Below, one piece after another: positions 22,260 to 32,185 of a stretch of DNA of 64,000 bases. Position numbers and translations under genes: made by a program. The notes beneath the pieces were generated by a model. It saw only the letters and a program-made list of their open reading frames with translations. It had not been told where the DNA came from and did no database searches. The stretch is from an uncultured Pseudomonadota bacterium (GTDB lineage Bacteria; Desulfobacterota; Binatia; Binatales; Binataceae): assembly GCA_963837035.1 (NCBI GenBank), contig CAWIMH010000015.1, positions 669,863 to 733,862 of the forward strand, in the 5' to 3' direction. Positions within the stretch are counted from its first letter, which is position 1. Every line of letters begins with the position of its first letter.

Positions 22260-22835
22260 TTATGCGTTTCGGCCCGAGCCAACGGTCGCATTTTTGCGCG
22301 GACGCCCCGAACGGCGGGCCTGGGTGGGTGGTTCGGCCTCCAGATCGTCATCGAAGACAAAAGCACTCGTGAATTCGGAAGAATCGTCGGAATTGATGTC
22401 GGCAAGGCCTTTGGATCCACCGCTTTCGACGACTTCGCGACCGCCTTCCCATCGCTCGACCGTTTTACCGGCCGACGGGCGGCTGCCGCGCAGTCGTTCG
22501 AGCTTGCCCTGGCAATCGACGCAAAACAGGACAAACGGCAGCAACTTCAACCGCTGCGGCAGAATTTCTTCGCCGCATTCGTCGCAACTGCCGTATTCTC
22601 CGGTGCCCAATCGGTTGAAAGCACCGTCAATTGCACGCAAGCGCTGTTCGGAGCGTTCGATCAAGCTCGCATGCAACTCGGTTTGGGTCTGCGCGCGGGC
22701 GATTTCCATGTCGTCCCCGGGGTCAGTGAGGCTTTCGCCTTCCTGTTCGCGGCGCAATTGGCGAACCCGCATCAGCTCAGTGTTCCTAAGCTGATTGAGT
22801 AGCTCGCGCAGGGTTTCTGTCCGATCCCGGTTCAT
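22260..22835 (-). CDS. DksA/TraR-family C4 zinc-finger regulator with an extended acidic C-terminal tail
   Basis: Start at internal ATG 22835 (MNRDRTETLRELLNQLRN), zinc finger CDECGEEI...CVDCQ, then about 70 aa of acidic, Ser-rich tail ending in SGRPRK (AT-hook-like). Confidence 0.6.
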   Translation of the reverse strand: MNRDRTETLRELLNQLRNTELMRVRQLRREQEGESLTDPGDDMEIARAQTQTELHASLIERSEQRLRAIDGAFNRLGTGEYGSCDECGEEILPQRLKLLPFVLFCVDCQGKLERLRGSRPSAGKTVERWEGGREVVESGGSKGLADINSDDSSEFTSAFVFDDDLEAEPPTQARRSGRPRKNATVGSGRNA

Positions 22836-23134
22836 TGGGTCTCTCCGCGCCAGTGACTGGCGGCGTGGAGGCTTGGTGCACAGGCCGTGCCGCGTTTGGA
22901 AGTCGTTAAATGCTCTTATTTCTCTCTTTTTGACTCTTGATATGTTGCATAAGTGCAACGCACGCGAGGCACTTTGGGACGCGTGCGTGAGATCTCGTGT
23001 TTGACGACTTCCAGAATGAACAGCCTCAGGATGAGAAGGGCAGGTAGAGCTGTAAAACGGGCGTCACGCAGTGCGGCGCCCGCGTGGGCGCAGTTCGCTC
23101 AGCCGCCTGGTGTTGACCACGTCTGACGGTCCAT

Positions 23135-23185
23135 GCCATGCGGTGGTTTATGCCATGCGGCGGTTTATGCCATGCGGCGGTTTAT
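23135..23185. repeat. Tandem direct repeat, 17 bp x 3 (GCCATGCGGYGGTTTAT)
   Basis: Copies at 23135-23151, 23152-23168 and 23169-23185, with one T/C difference in copy 1. It lies inside about 690 bp of non-coding DNA. Confidence 0.9.
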
Positions 23186-23347
23186 GGAAGATATGGATCG
23201 TCCGCATCACCGCCTGGTTTCAAATCCAAGCCCGGTCGGTCCGCTTCGCGGAGGACCTCAACTCCATCATCCGCTTTGAACAGCTCAATGAATAGCAGCA
23301 ATGGTTTCGGTCTGGGTCCCGGCGCAATCCTGACCTCGAGCCTTGTC

Positions 23348-24754
23348 CTATTTCGGCCCGAAGGCCGGATGCTTTGCAGCGGCCGGAAAAGGCGCGGAGA
23401 CCCCCTTGGGATAGATTGACGGGTTGGAAGGCGCGACCGCCCGGCTCCCACTTCCGGATGGAAGCGGACACTGGGCGGTTTTCGATGAAGCTTGTCGCTG
23501 GCGTCGGTCAGGCGCCAAGCCGCGCAATAGCTCGATGCCGGAGACCTCCGCGGCGACCGCCTCGATCTCTCGGGCCTGATCACGCAAACGCGCGGCGTCG
23601 AGACCATGCACCATCGAAAAGTGTGGTGAATGGTCCGTGACCGCGAAGTATTCGAGTCCATCGGCGGCGGCCTGATGTGCTATCTCGCGAATGGTTGCCC
23701 GCCCGTCGGTCCAGATGGAATGGGTGTGCAGATCGCCGCGCAAATCGGAACGTTCCAGCAAACGGGGCAACTGGCGATCGAGTGCCGCCCCGATCTCGCC
23801 CCGATCCTCGCGCAGATCGGGCGGAATCCAGTTCATGCGCAGAGCGCCGTAAACGTCGGATTCCTCGGCTCCCGCGATCGCCCTGCCACCCTGAAACAGC
23901 CCGTACTCATTGAGGAGTAGCCCATGCGTTTGCGCAATGCGGCGGAGATGAGCGGTGTGCGCCTTCGAGCCGGTAAAATACACCAGGGCCGCCCCCCAGC
24001 TCGCGCGCGGAACCACGCGGAGATCGATCTGCAGGTTGTTGCTCATGACTAAGGTCGCCTTGGTGTCGCCTGACCCGAGCTTTTCACTAACACCGGGAAA
24101 CCTGAGGAAGTGGCGGATGGCAGATTCAGCGTCGGCAGCGGCAACCAGCACGTCCAAGTCGCCGACTGTCTCCCTTCCGACGGCGAAAGCTGCCGGCGAT
24201 TTCGAGACAGTCGACACTGGGGCAACCGCGCAGATGGGCTATAAGGTCCGCGGCTAGCGAGGCAACCTCGCGGCATGCCGTATACGGTGGTCTGCCGCAT
24301 CCACCGGGTGCTCGAGCGCCCTGATTAAGCGCTCTTCGAATTTAGGGCCAAATCCACGAATAGTGCGCACCTGCGAGGCTTGGGCTGCTCGCAGAAGGTC
24401 ATCGCGGTTGCGGATGTGAAGCCGCTCGGCCAGCATCCTGATTCGCTTGGGTCCAAGGCCCCCGACATTGCGCAGATCAAGCAGAGAGGCGGGGAACTTG
24501 TGTCTCAGTTCGGCTCGGAGCGGCAGGTCGCCGGTCGCAGCCAGAGTCGCGATCTTGTCGGCCAGATCGGTACCGATTCCGGGGATCTGGTCGAGCTTCT
24601 TTCGTGAAAGGGTGGCCACCTGTTCGGGATAGTCGCGGACGATGCGAGCCGCGTTCCGATAGGCGCGCACCCGAAAAAAATTCTCGCCGCCGAGTTCAAG
24701 CAAATCAGCAATCTCGTCGAAGACGCTTGCTATATCTTCGTTGCGCATCGTCAC
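23348..24754 (-). pseudogene. DNA polymerase X family (PolX). Frameshifted and C-terminally truncated, so the PHP domain is incomplete.
   Basis: ORF 24254..24754 encodes the 8-kDa and fingers domain (MTMRNEDIASVFDEIADLLELGGENFFRVRAYRNAARIV). ORF 23348..24217 carries the palm (GDLDVLVAAAD) and the PHP start (DLHTHSIWTDGRATIREIAHQAAADGLEYFAVTDHSPHF...GIELLRG), then degenerates. No frame encodes the remaining roughly 170 aa of PHP. Confidence 0.6.
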
Positions 24755-25244
24755 TTTTAGGCGGGCATTTAATGGGTGCTGGAACCAGGATCCTGACGAG
24801 ACCCCTGACGATTTTCAACTCGAACCGATTCGCCTGCTTTCAGACCTGAGTCAGCCCGCGTTGTTTGATGTCAAACTTATCTGTGTTCACTTCTCAATAG
24901 GTGAAACGTATTCAGACTGACTTCGTCATCGAATCTCGTGCCTCGAGAAGTACTCCGCGATACAGTTAAACACGCCCACGCAGATCCGCCTGTGGGGACA
25001 TCTGGAGTAAACATCACCGCTAAACTCACGTAGAATATTTCATAACTGCACTTAGAGATGTCTTGACACATGTTAGACAAACATTTATTTCTAAAAAGGC
25101 AGACGAGAATCAGTAACACTCTCTAGTACTACACGGAGGCAAGGACGCTGCGAGGGTGTGATGCGCTCCTCCGGGTGGGTGAATGACAGGCGAATACGGG
25201 GAGCGTTAGTATCGAAATTCTCTCTGGGGGAGGGCACGATCGAA

Positions 25245-25424
25245 ATGGAGTTAGTCAGAAAGGTCGCAGTGAAGGTGGGTGAGTGGCGCAAAGGACAGAC
25301 CATGACGGAGTACGCGCTAATTCTGGCGGCAGTCGCCATAGTGGTCTTCGTGACCTACGAGGTTCTCGGGCAGGATATCAACTCGTTGGTTAATACGGTC
25401 GACAAGAGCCTCACCGCATCGTAA
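25245..25424 (+). CDS. flp: Flp/Fap-family type IVb pilin (Tad pilus subunit), copy 1
   Basis: 59 aa: MELVRKVAVKVGEWRKGQTMTEYALILAAVAIVVFVTYEVLGQDINSLVNTVDKSLTAS. It has the Flp leader-G/xxxEY motif and a hydrophobic helix, with a GGGGAGGG RBS upstream. Confidence 0.75.
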   Translation: MELVRKVAVKVGEWRKGQTMTEYALILAAVAIVVFVTYEVLGQDINSLVNTVDKSLTAS

Positions 25425-25543
25425 ATCGGCGCATGAGGCAGTAACAGACCCTTTATGGAAGGGTTTCCAGAGCAGGGCGATTCGATCAGAGCAGCAATGC
25501 CTGACGTTGAGCGGATACGAAATTATACCGGAGGACTCGAAGA

Positions 25544-25723
25544 ATGGAGTTTCTAACCAAGTGGTTCGTGAAGGCGCGTGAGTGGCACAAGGGCCAGACG
25601 ATGACGGAGTACGCCCTGATTTTGGCGGCCGTCGCGGTCGTAGTGTTCGTGACCTACGAGGTTCTGGGCCAGGATATCAACTCGCTCGTTAAGACGATCG
25701 ACACCGATTTGACCGCGAGCTGA
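25544..25723 (+). CDS. flp: Flp/Fap-family type IVb pilin, copy 2 (not in the ORF track, 59 aa)
   Basis: MEFLTKWFVKAREWHKGQTMTEYALILAAVAVVVFVTYEVLGQDINSLVKTIDTDLTAS. GGAGG RBS 10 nt upstream. The mature region is about 90% identical to copy 1. Confidence 0.75.
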   Translation: MEFLTKWFVKAREWHKGQTMTEYALILAAVAVVVFVTYEVLGQDINSLVKTIDTDLTAS

Positions 25724-25801
25724 TCACGGCGGCGAAGGAACGTTCTCGGTTCCTCCGTGCAGGTTCCAGGTGGGGGCTTCGGCCCCCGCCGGTTCCCACG
25801 T

Positions 25802-27019
25802 CTAGACCAGAACGCCTGCCTTGCGTAGCTGATCGACCTTATCGCGGGTGTAGCCGAGTAAGGTCTTCAGCACTTCCTCGGTGTCAGCGCCGCGCATAGG
25901 AGCTGGGCTCCTTACGGCGCATGGTGTTCCCGACATTTTCCACGGAATCCCGGCGTGAACGCGAGGGCCGACCTCGGGATGCGGCAGGCGAACGAGATAC
26001 CCACGCTGTTCGAGGTGCGGATCCTCGGCGATGTCCTTGTTAGTCATTGCCGGGAAGGCGGCGACGCCCGCAGCCTGCAGAACTTGTGTGATCGCCCAAC
26101 GATCGCGTGACAAGGTCCACGCGGCGACTATTTGATCAAGTGCAGCCTCGTGCTGTTTTCTTAATGCCGCGGTGGCAAAACGTGGATCTTGAGCAAGTTC
26201 AGGCTGTTGCATTGCCACGCACAGTGCCTTCCATTCCGTCTCGTTAGCCACGGCTATAGATACCCATTGGTCGTCGCCGGCGGTCCGATAGCACTCATTC
26301 GGCGCCATCAGGGAGTCATGATTACCGTGGCGTACGGGTTCGCGCCCGTTGATAGCGTGCTCGAGCAATCCTTCCGGCATCATCACCAGCGCGGTCTCCA
26401 GCTGCGACTGATCGATATACTGACCCTCGCCGGTTAGCGCGCGATGCGTCAGGGCCGCGATCAGCGCGAATGCGCCGAAAACACCGGCGTTGGGGTCTGG
26501 GTAGGAGACTCCGATTTCGCCGGGTTCGCCGCCTTCGTAGCCGGTGCCAAAGAACATTCCTGATGCCGCGGAAGCCGGCGGACCATAGCCAACGAAGCCC
26601 TTGAAGGGTCCCGTTTGTCCGTACCCGGACATCGAGATCATGATGAGGTCGGCCTTGAATTTCCGCAGCTTGTCATAGCCGAATCCGAGCTTGTCCATCA
26701 CACTGGCAGCAAAATTATCGGCGACGATATCGCATTGCTTGACCATTTCGCTCACCAGCTCGACGGCTTCGGGCCGGGCGAGGTTCATCGCAATCGACTT
26801 TTTGCCCTGGTTGTACTGGTTGAAGTATCCGGCGCGGTTTGGCCCAGGGATATCATCGGCGAAGGGGGGAATCACGCGGGTAACGCAGGGCGGGCGCGCG
26901 GTGGTCTCGATGCGAATCACTTCCGCACCGAGATGTGCCAGCTGCATCGTACAAAAGGGACCGGCCCAGGCCCAGGTGAAATCGAGTACGCGGACTCCGG
27001 CAAGCGGTAGATCAGCCAT
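25802..27019 (-). CDS. Family III CoA-transferase (CaiB/BaiF family)
   Basis: Start at internal ATG 27019 (MADLPLAGVRVLDFTWAWAGPFCTMQLAHLGAEVIRIE). CoA_transf_3 signature. Confidence 0.85.
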   Translation of the reverse strand: MADLPLAGVRVLDFTWAWAGPFCTMQLAHLGAEVIRIETTARPPCVTRVIPPFADDIPGPNRAGYFNQYNQGKKSIAMNLARPEAVELVSEMVKQCDIVADNFAASVMDKLGFGYDKLRKFKADLIMISMSGYGQTGPFKGFVGYGPPASAASGMFFGTGYEGGEPGEIGVSYPDPNAGVFGAFALIAALTHRALTGEGQYIDQSQLETALVMMPEGLLEHAINGREPVRHGNHDSLMAPNECYRTAGDDQWVSIAVANETEWKALCVAMQQPELAQDPRFATAALRKQHEAALDQIVAAWTLSRDRWAITQVLQAAGVAAFPAMTNKDIAEDPHLEQRGYLVRLPHPEVGPRVHAGIPWKMSGTPCAVRSPAPMRGADTEEVLKTLLGYTRDKVDQLRKAGVLV

Positions 27020-27038
27020 CGTTCTGCTCTCCTCGAAA

Positions 27039-28256
27039 TCAGATGATCCCTGACCGGTGCAGGGCGGCGTATCGATCCTTGCCCAGCCCCAAGTCGCCGC
27101 AGAAAACCTCTTCACCATGCTCGCCAAGGCGCGGCGCGGCCCGGCGCAGTGCCCACGGCGTTACGCCGTAACGCGAAGGCATGCCGGGGAGCTTCAGCGT
27201 GCCCATGCCGGGCTGTACCAGTTGGACAAAAAAATCACGCTCACGAAAATGCGGCGTCTCGTACAGTTGGCGCATCGTGTTGACCGGGGCGAAGGGAATC
27301 CGCCGATTCTGCGCTTCGATGTACAGATCCTGCACCTTCCAGCCGCTCAGCCATTCGCTCATCAACGCCTTTAGCGCATCCATGTTCTGGCCACGGGCCA
27401 AACGATCCCTGAACAGATCGTCGTTAGCCCACTCGGGATTTCCCATAAGCTCGACGAGGCGCTTCCACTGATCTTCTTCGACTGCGAGGACGAAAATCTT
27501 GCCGTCAAGACAATCGGCGATGAACCACGGTCCGAGCGCACGCGCGCCCAGCCGCGAGGTCACGCGGCCGGCATATGTATAATGCATGAGATTCATTTCG
27601 AGCATTGCCGCGATCACTTCCTGCTCGGAGACGTCGATCGCCTGACCGCGCCCCGTTTTGAGCCGGTGAAAATAAGCGGCGAGCGTGGTGATCGCGGCGT
27701 GCGCTCCACCCTGAAGATCGCATTGGCTGCCGAAGCATTTGAGCGGGGGTAGATCGGGGTAGGGCGAGGCGCCAGGACTGAGGGTGGCCCAACCGGAGGC
27801 GGTGCTCGCGGTCAACTCGTAGCCCCTATAGTTGCCGTAGGGTCCCGTATCGCCGAACATCGAGACCGAGGTCACGATCAATCGCGGGTACCTCGCGCAT
27901 AGGGTGGCGCTGTCGAGCCCGCGTGCCGCGCGATCCGGAGGGGCAACGTTATGGATCAGCACGTCGGCGCGTTCGAGCAAGCCCGCCATCAGTTGCTGAC
28001 CCTCAGGGTGCGTGAGATCCGCAACCACGCCGCGCTTGTTTGTGTTCAGGTAGACGAAAAGCCCGCTTTTCTCGGGGTCCGGACGGTCATCGGGGAAGGG
28101 ACCGCGCCGGCGGGTCAGGTCGCCGCCGGGCGGTTCAACCTTGACCACCTCCGCGCCGAGATCGGCGATGAGCTTGGCGCCGAACGCGGCCGACACACCT
28201 TCACCGCACTCGACAATTTTGATCGCGCTGAACGGCGATCGCGAATTTGCCTCCAC
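27039..28256 (-). CDS. Family III CoA-transferase (CaiB/BaiF family), second paralog
   Basis: 405 aa. IKIVECGEGVSAAFGAKLIADLGAEVVKVEPPGG, and the catalytic Asp region. Confidence 0.85.
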   Translation of the reverse strand: MEANSRSPFSAIKIVECGEGVSAAFGAKLIADLGAEVVKVEPPGGDLTRRRGPFPDDRPDPEKSGLFVYLNTNKRGVVADLTHPEGQQLMAGLLERADVLIHNVAPPDRAARGLDSATLCARYPRLIVTSVSMFGDTGPYGNYRGYELTASTASGWATLSPGASPYPDLPPLKCFGSQCDLQGGAHAAITTLAAYFHRLKTGRGQAIDVSEQEVIAAMLEMNLMHYTYAGRVTSRLGARALGPWFIADCLDGKIFVLAVEEDQWKRLVELMGNPEWANDDLFRDRLARGQNMDALKALMSEWLSGWKVQDLYIEAQNRRIPFAPVNTMRQLYETPHFRERDFFVQLVQPGMGTLKLPGMPSRYGVTPWALRRAAPRLGEHGEEVFCGDLGLGKDRYAALHRSGII

Positions 28257-28331
28257 GGCCTTACCCCCTGAATCGATTTAATCGCACGCGTACGTTTGTT
28301 TCATTCCACTTCGTTCACTAGCAGGAGCGCG

Positions 28332-30008
28332 TCAATTCCGGCCGATCGACTGCATTTTCTCCCGCATTTTCTCGAGTTCGCGCTCGCGCAGGTCGCGACG
28401 ACGGATCTTACCGGTAACGGTCATCGGGAACTCGTCGATAAATTCGAGTTCCCTTGGATATTCATGCGCTGCGAGACGGTTCTTTACATGCTGCTGGATT
28501 TCCTCGATTAGCTGCTTGCTGGGCTGGTGCCCGGGTAGCAATTTGACGAAAGCCTTGATCGATTGCCCGCGCCGCTCGTCTGGCACACCGATGACCGCGC
28601 ACGAGGATACTGCGGGGTGCTCGATTATCTTGGCCTCGACTTCGGCCGGACCGACGCGATAACCCGAGGTTTTGATCACATCGTCGCCGCGACCCTGGAA
28701 ATACACGTAGCCATCGCCGTCCATGTGCCCGATATCGCCTGTGAGGCACCATTGGCCAGTGAACTTCTCGCTCATCGCCGCTGGATTTTTCCAATATTCC
28801 TTCATTACCACCGGGCTGTCCCGGCGAATCGCGATTTCGCCAGTCTCACCGGGTCCGGCCGGTACGCCGTCGCGGATGATCGCGACATCGTGGCCGGGGA
28901 AGGCCTTGCCAAGGGGCTCGAGCATGGGCTTTTCGAGTGCGGAGCAGTTGCCAATGAAATAGTTCGCTTCAGTCTGGCCAAAGGCCTGGTTGAATTGAAC
29001 CTGCAGTTGTTCGTCGACCCAGCGAGCGAGTTCCGGACTGACCGGCTCGGCGCCGCTCACGACGCAGCGCAGGCGTAGATTGCGGTATTTTTCGCGCGGG
29101 TTCTTGATTTCGCGCAGCCCCTTCAGGACGGTGGGTGGATACAGACCGACCGTAGCGCCGTATTTTTCGACCAACCGGAGCATCACGTCGGGATTGAAAC
29201 GCTCCTTGCTGCGATAGGCGAGCACCGGGATGCCATAGGGCCAGATCGCGAGCAGGCCATCGAGCAGACCACCCGCCCAGGCCCAATCGGCCGGGCTGTA
29301 GTAGAGATCTCCAGCGCGCAGGAAGTTGTAGGAGTAGTCGATGCCATTGTGGCCGATCACGTATCGCGCTGCGTGCAGAACCCCCTTGGGATCACCCGTG
29401 GTGCCCGAGGTGTACATCAACAGCAACGGGTCTTCGGCATTGCTTTTGGGCATAGTGAAGTTATCGGAAGCGGCACCGATCAGATCGTCAAAGCCGAGCC
29501 CTCCGCGCTTTCCGCCGGCGATAATCAGGTGCTTGAGATCGGGCAGTTCGCTCCGAATCGGCTCGATTTTCTCAAGGCTCTCCGGTTCGAGCATCAGGAT
29601 GCGGGCAGAGCTATTGGTCAGGCGATAGCGCAAGGCGTCGGTGCCGAAGAGCTTTGAAATCGGTAGCGCGATGGCACCGATGCGATAGCACGCGATATGC
29701 GCAATCGCAGTCTCGGGCCGTTGCGGCAGATGAATCGCGACGACGTCTCCGCGCCTGACCCCGAGCCCGGACAGCGCGTTGGCGAAACGCCGGCTGAGCG
29801 CGCCGATTTGGCCGAACGTATACTGCGCCGCCTGGCCGTCGTCATCTTCATAAAAGAGGGCGGGTTGATCGCGCAGGCTGGTATGGCGGTCGATACAATC
29901 GATCGCGACGTTGTAATCCGTTGGGATGTTCCAGCGGTGGCGGGCGCGCGCGTCGGCCACGCTGGTAGCACCCTTTACGGTCTGTTCACGAAGCCCGATC
30001 AGAGACAT
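28332..30008 (-). CDS. AMP-dependent acyl-CoA synthetase/ligase
   Basis: 558 aa. AMP-binding motif YTSGTTGDPKGV, plus GQTE and the C-terminal GKIRRRDLRE. Confidence 0.85.
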   Translation of the reverse strand: MSLIGLREQTVKGATSVADARARHRWNIPTDYNVAIDCIDRHTSLRDQPALFYEDDDGQAAQYTFGQIGALSRRFANALSGLGVRRGDVVAIHLPQRPETAIAHIACYRIGAIALPISKLFGTDALRYRLTNSSARILMLEPESLEKIEPIRSELPDLKHLIIAGGKRGGLGFDDLIGAASDNFTMPKSNAEDPLLLMYTSGTTGDPKGVLHAARYVIGHNGIDYSYNFLRAGDLYYSPADWAWAGGLLDGLLAIWPYGIPVLAYRSKERFNPDVMLRLVEKYGATVGLYPPTVLKGLREIKNPREKYRNLRLRCVVSGAEPVSPELARWVDEQLQVQFNQAFGQTEANYFIGNCSALEKPMLEPLGKAFPGHDVAIIRDGVPAGPGETGEIAIRRDSPVVMKEYWKNPAAMSEKFTGQWCLTGDIGHMDGDGYVYFQGRGDDVIKTSGYRVGPAEVEAKIIEHPAVSSCAVIGVPDERRGQSIKAFVKLLPGHQPSKQLIEEIQQHVKNRLAAHEYPRELEFIDEFPMTVTGKIRRRDLRERELEKMREKMQSIGRN

Positions 30009-30135
30009 GATGCAGTCCTCCGGTCTCCGGCGCGTTGCCGGCCGACCTGCGTTCTGACCCGTAATTCTTAGCCCAGCGGCCCGGTGATGTTAACCTCGTC
30101 GTAGGTACCAAGCCGGGGCATCCGCGGAGTCGAAT

Positions 30136-30843
30136 ATGGCGAAAATCCTGGTTTTGCAACACCATCCGGCGGAGAACCTTGGAGCGATCGCGGACGCGCT
30201 CGAGGAAGCGGCGCTTGCCTGGCAATATCTGCGCATATTCGACGGTCATGCGATACCGGACCAGATAAAGGGGGCCGGCGGCCTTATTGTTATGGGCGGT
30301 TCAGAGACCGTCTATCAACTCGATCGCTATCCGTACCTCCGGGAGGAGATGCGGCTGATCGAGAGTGCCCTCAAGGAAAACAAGCCGGTCATGGGGGTCT
30401 GTCTCGGCAGTCAACTCCTGGCTGCAACCTTGGGTTCGACCGTCCGGCGCGGTGAGACCAGGGAGATCGGATGGTATCCGGTGCGGCTGACAGCCGCCGC
30501 CACGGAAGACCGCCTCCTGCATGGCCTTCCCCAGGAATTCGTCGCGGCGCACTGGCATAGCGACGTCTTCGACCTGCCTGCCGGCGCGATCGGACTGGCG
30601 TCGTCGGAGAAGACTCCGATCCAGGCTTTTCGGTACGGCGAGAAGGCTTATGGAATGCTGTTCCACGCCGAAATGACGCAGGAGATTCTCACCTCTCTGA
30701 TTGGCGAATTTCGTGAGGGGCTCGGGCGCGTAGGCATCGACAGCGATTCGATTCTCGCGGCAGCCCCGTCCCACCTACCGGCCCTGGGCGAAATCGCGGC
30801 GAAGATTTTCAGCCGTTGGGCCAGCCCCATCCAGGGGACGTAG
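30136..30843 (+). CDS. Class I glutamine amidotransferase-like protein (GATase1)
   Basis: 235 aa. MAKILVLQHH..., nucleophile elbow GVCLGSQLL, and the His region MLFHAE. Confidence 0.7.
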   Translation: MAKILVLQHHPAENLGAIADALEEAALAWQYLRIFDGHAIPDQIKGAGGLIVMGGSETVYQLDRYPYLREEMRLIESALKENKPVMGVCLGSQLLAATLGSTVRRGETREIGWYPVRLTAAATEDRLLHGLPQEFVAAHWHSDVFDLPAGAIGLASSEKTPIQAFRYGEKAYGMLFHAEMTQEILTSLIGEFREGLGRVGIDSDSILAAAPSHLPALGEIAAKIFSRWASPIQGT

Positions 30844-30940
30844 GGAGATTGGCGGATGCCTGCGAATCCACGCTGGCGATCGCAATGTTAACGACGCAAG
30901 ATTTCGCTGCTCTCGAAAAGCACGGTGGCGGGGATGGAGA

Positions 30941-32176
30941 CTAGGCCGTCCGTTCCGCCAGCGGGCGCGACGGAGTAAAGCGGACCGGCATGTGCTTGAT
31001 ACCTGCGACGAAGTTCGAGCGCAGCCGTTCCGGGGTTCCCGCCAACTCGAGGTCGCGCATGCGCCGCATCACCTGATCGACCATCACGCGCATTTCGAGC
31101 CGCGCCAGGTGCGAGCCAATGCAAAAGTGCTCGCCATGTCCGAACGCGAGATGGTCGTTGGGCGTGCGGGCGACGTCGAAGACGTCAGCCGCCTGAAACA
31201 CCGCCTCATCGCGATTGGCCGAGGCATTCCAGACCACGATCTTGTCGCCTTCGCGTATCTTCTCACCGCGCAGTTCGGTGTCCTTGCGGGCGGTGCGCAG
31301 GATGTGTGTCACCGGCGTGGTCCAGCGCAGAAACTCCTCGATCGCCGTCGGCAGGATCGATGGGTCATCACGTAGCCTGGTGCGCTGCACGGGATGATTG
31401 ATCACGGCGAGGATACCGCCCGAGGTCGCGTTGCGGGTGGTTTCCTGACCTCCAATGATCAGCAGGAAGCAATTGAACAGAATCTCGAGGTCGGTGAGGC
31501 GGGTGCCGTCGACGTCGCCGAGTGTGAAGGCGCTGATCAGGTCGCTGCCAGGATTCTTGCGGCGCTCGTCGATCAGTCTGGCGAAATAGCTGAAAAACTC
31601 CGCCTGCGCTGCGCGGCCGGTCTCCATAGCGCTGCGACCCTGGTTGTACTCGGGATCCTGGGTACCGATAGACATATTGCCCAGTGCGTACATCTGGTCG
31701 CGGAACTCAGCCGGAATTCCCAACATCTCGCAAATCGCCGCGGTGGGCAGCTTGCCTGCCACATCAAGCACGAAATCGCATTGGCCGTGTTCGATCACGG
31801 AGTCGATGATCTCATCGCAGATCTTCCTGACTTCCGGCGCGTAGGCGTTGATCGCGCGTGGGGTGAAGCGGCGGCTGACGACCTGGCGGATTTTGTTGTG
31901 GCGCGGAGGGTCGGTCAGGATCATCATCATCCCGGCCCCCGCCTGGTCGGGGATCACGTTGTCGAACTGTAACGAGATGCCGCGCTCCGAGCTGAAAGTT
32001 CCAGGATCATGATAGACGCGAAGCGCATCTTCGTACCGGGTTATCGCCCAGAATCCGCGCTGGTTGCGCTCGTGCCAATACACCGGCGCTTCGCGCCGTA
32101 ATTGTGCGAACGCGAGGTGCGGGTCGCCATGGAGAAAGAGGTCGAGGTCCGTGAGGTCGATCTGCTCGAGCTTCAT
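30941..32176 (-). CDS. Cytochrome P450
   Basis: 411 aa. Heme-binding loop FGHGEHFCIGSHLARLE, the EEFLRW (ExxR) motif, and an I-helix GGQETT. Confidence 0.9.
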   Translation of the reverse strand: MKLEQIDLTDLDLFLHGDPHLAFAQLRREAPVYWHERNQRGFWAITRYEDALRVYHDPGTFSSERGISLQFDNVIPDQAGAGMMMILTDPPRHNKIRQVVSRRFTPRAINAYAPEVRKICDEIIDSVIEHGQCDFVLDVAGKLPTAAICEMLGIPAEFRDQMYALGNMSIGTQDPEYNQGRSAMETGRAAQAEFFSYFARLIDERRKNPGSDLISAFTLGDVDGTRLTDLEILFNCFLLIIGGQETTRNATSGGILAVINHPVQRTRLRDDPSILPTAIEEFLRWTTPVTHILRTARKDTELRGEKIREGDKIVVWNASANRDEAVFQAADVFDVARTPNDHLAFGHGEHFCIGSHLARLEMRVMVDQVMRRMRDLELAGTPERLRSNFVAGIKHMPVRFTPSRPLAERTA

Positions 32177-32185
32177 CGGCTGCCT

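Noticed and set aside
23135-23185. Possible CRISPR array
   Set aside because: Only three 17-bp units, directly abutting with no spacers, and no cas genes in the window. It is a simple tandem repeat.
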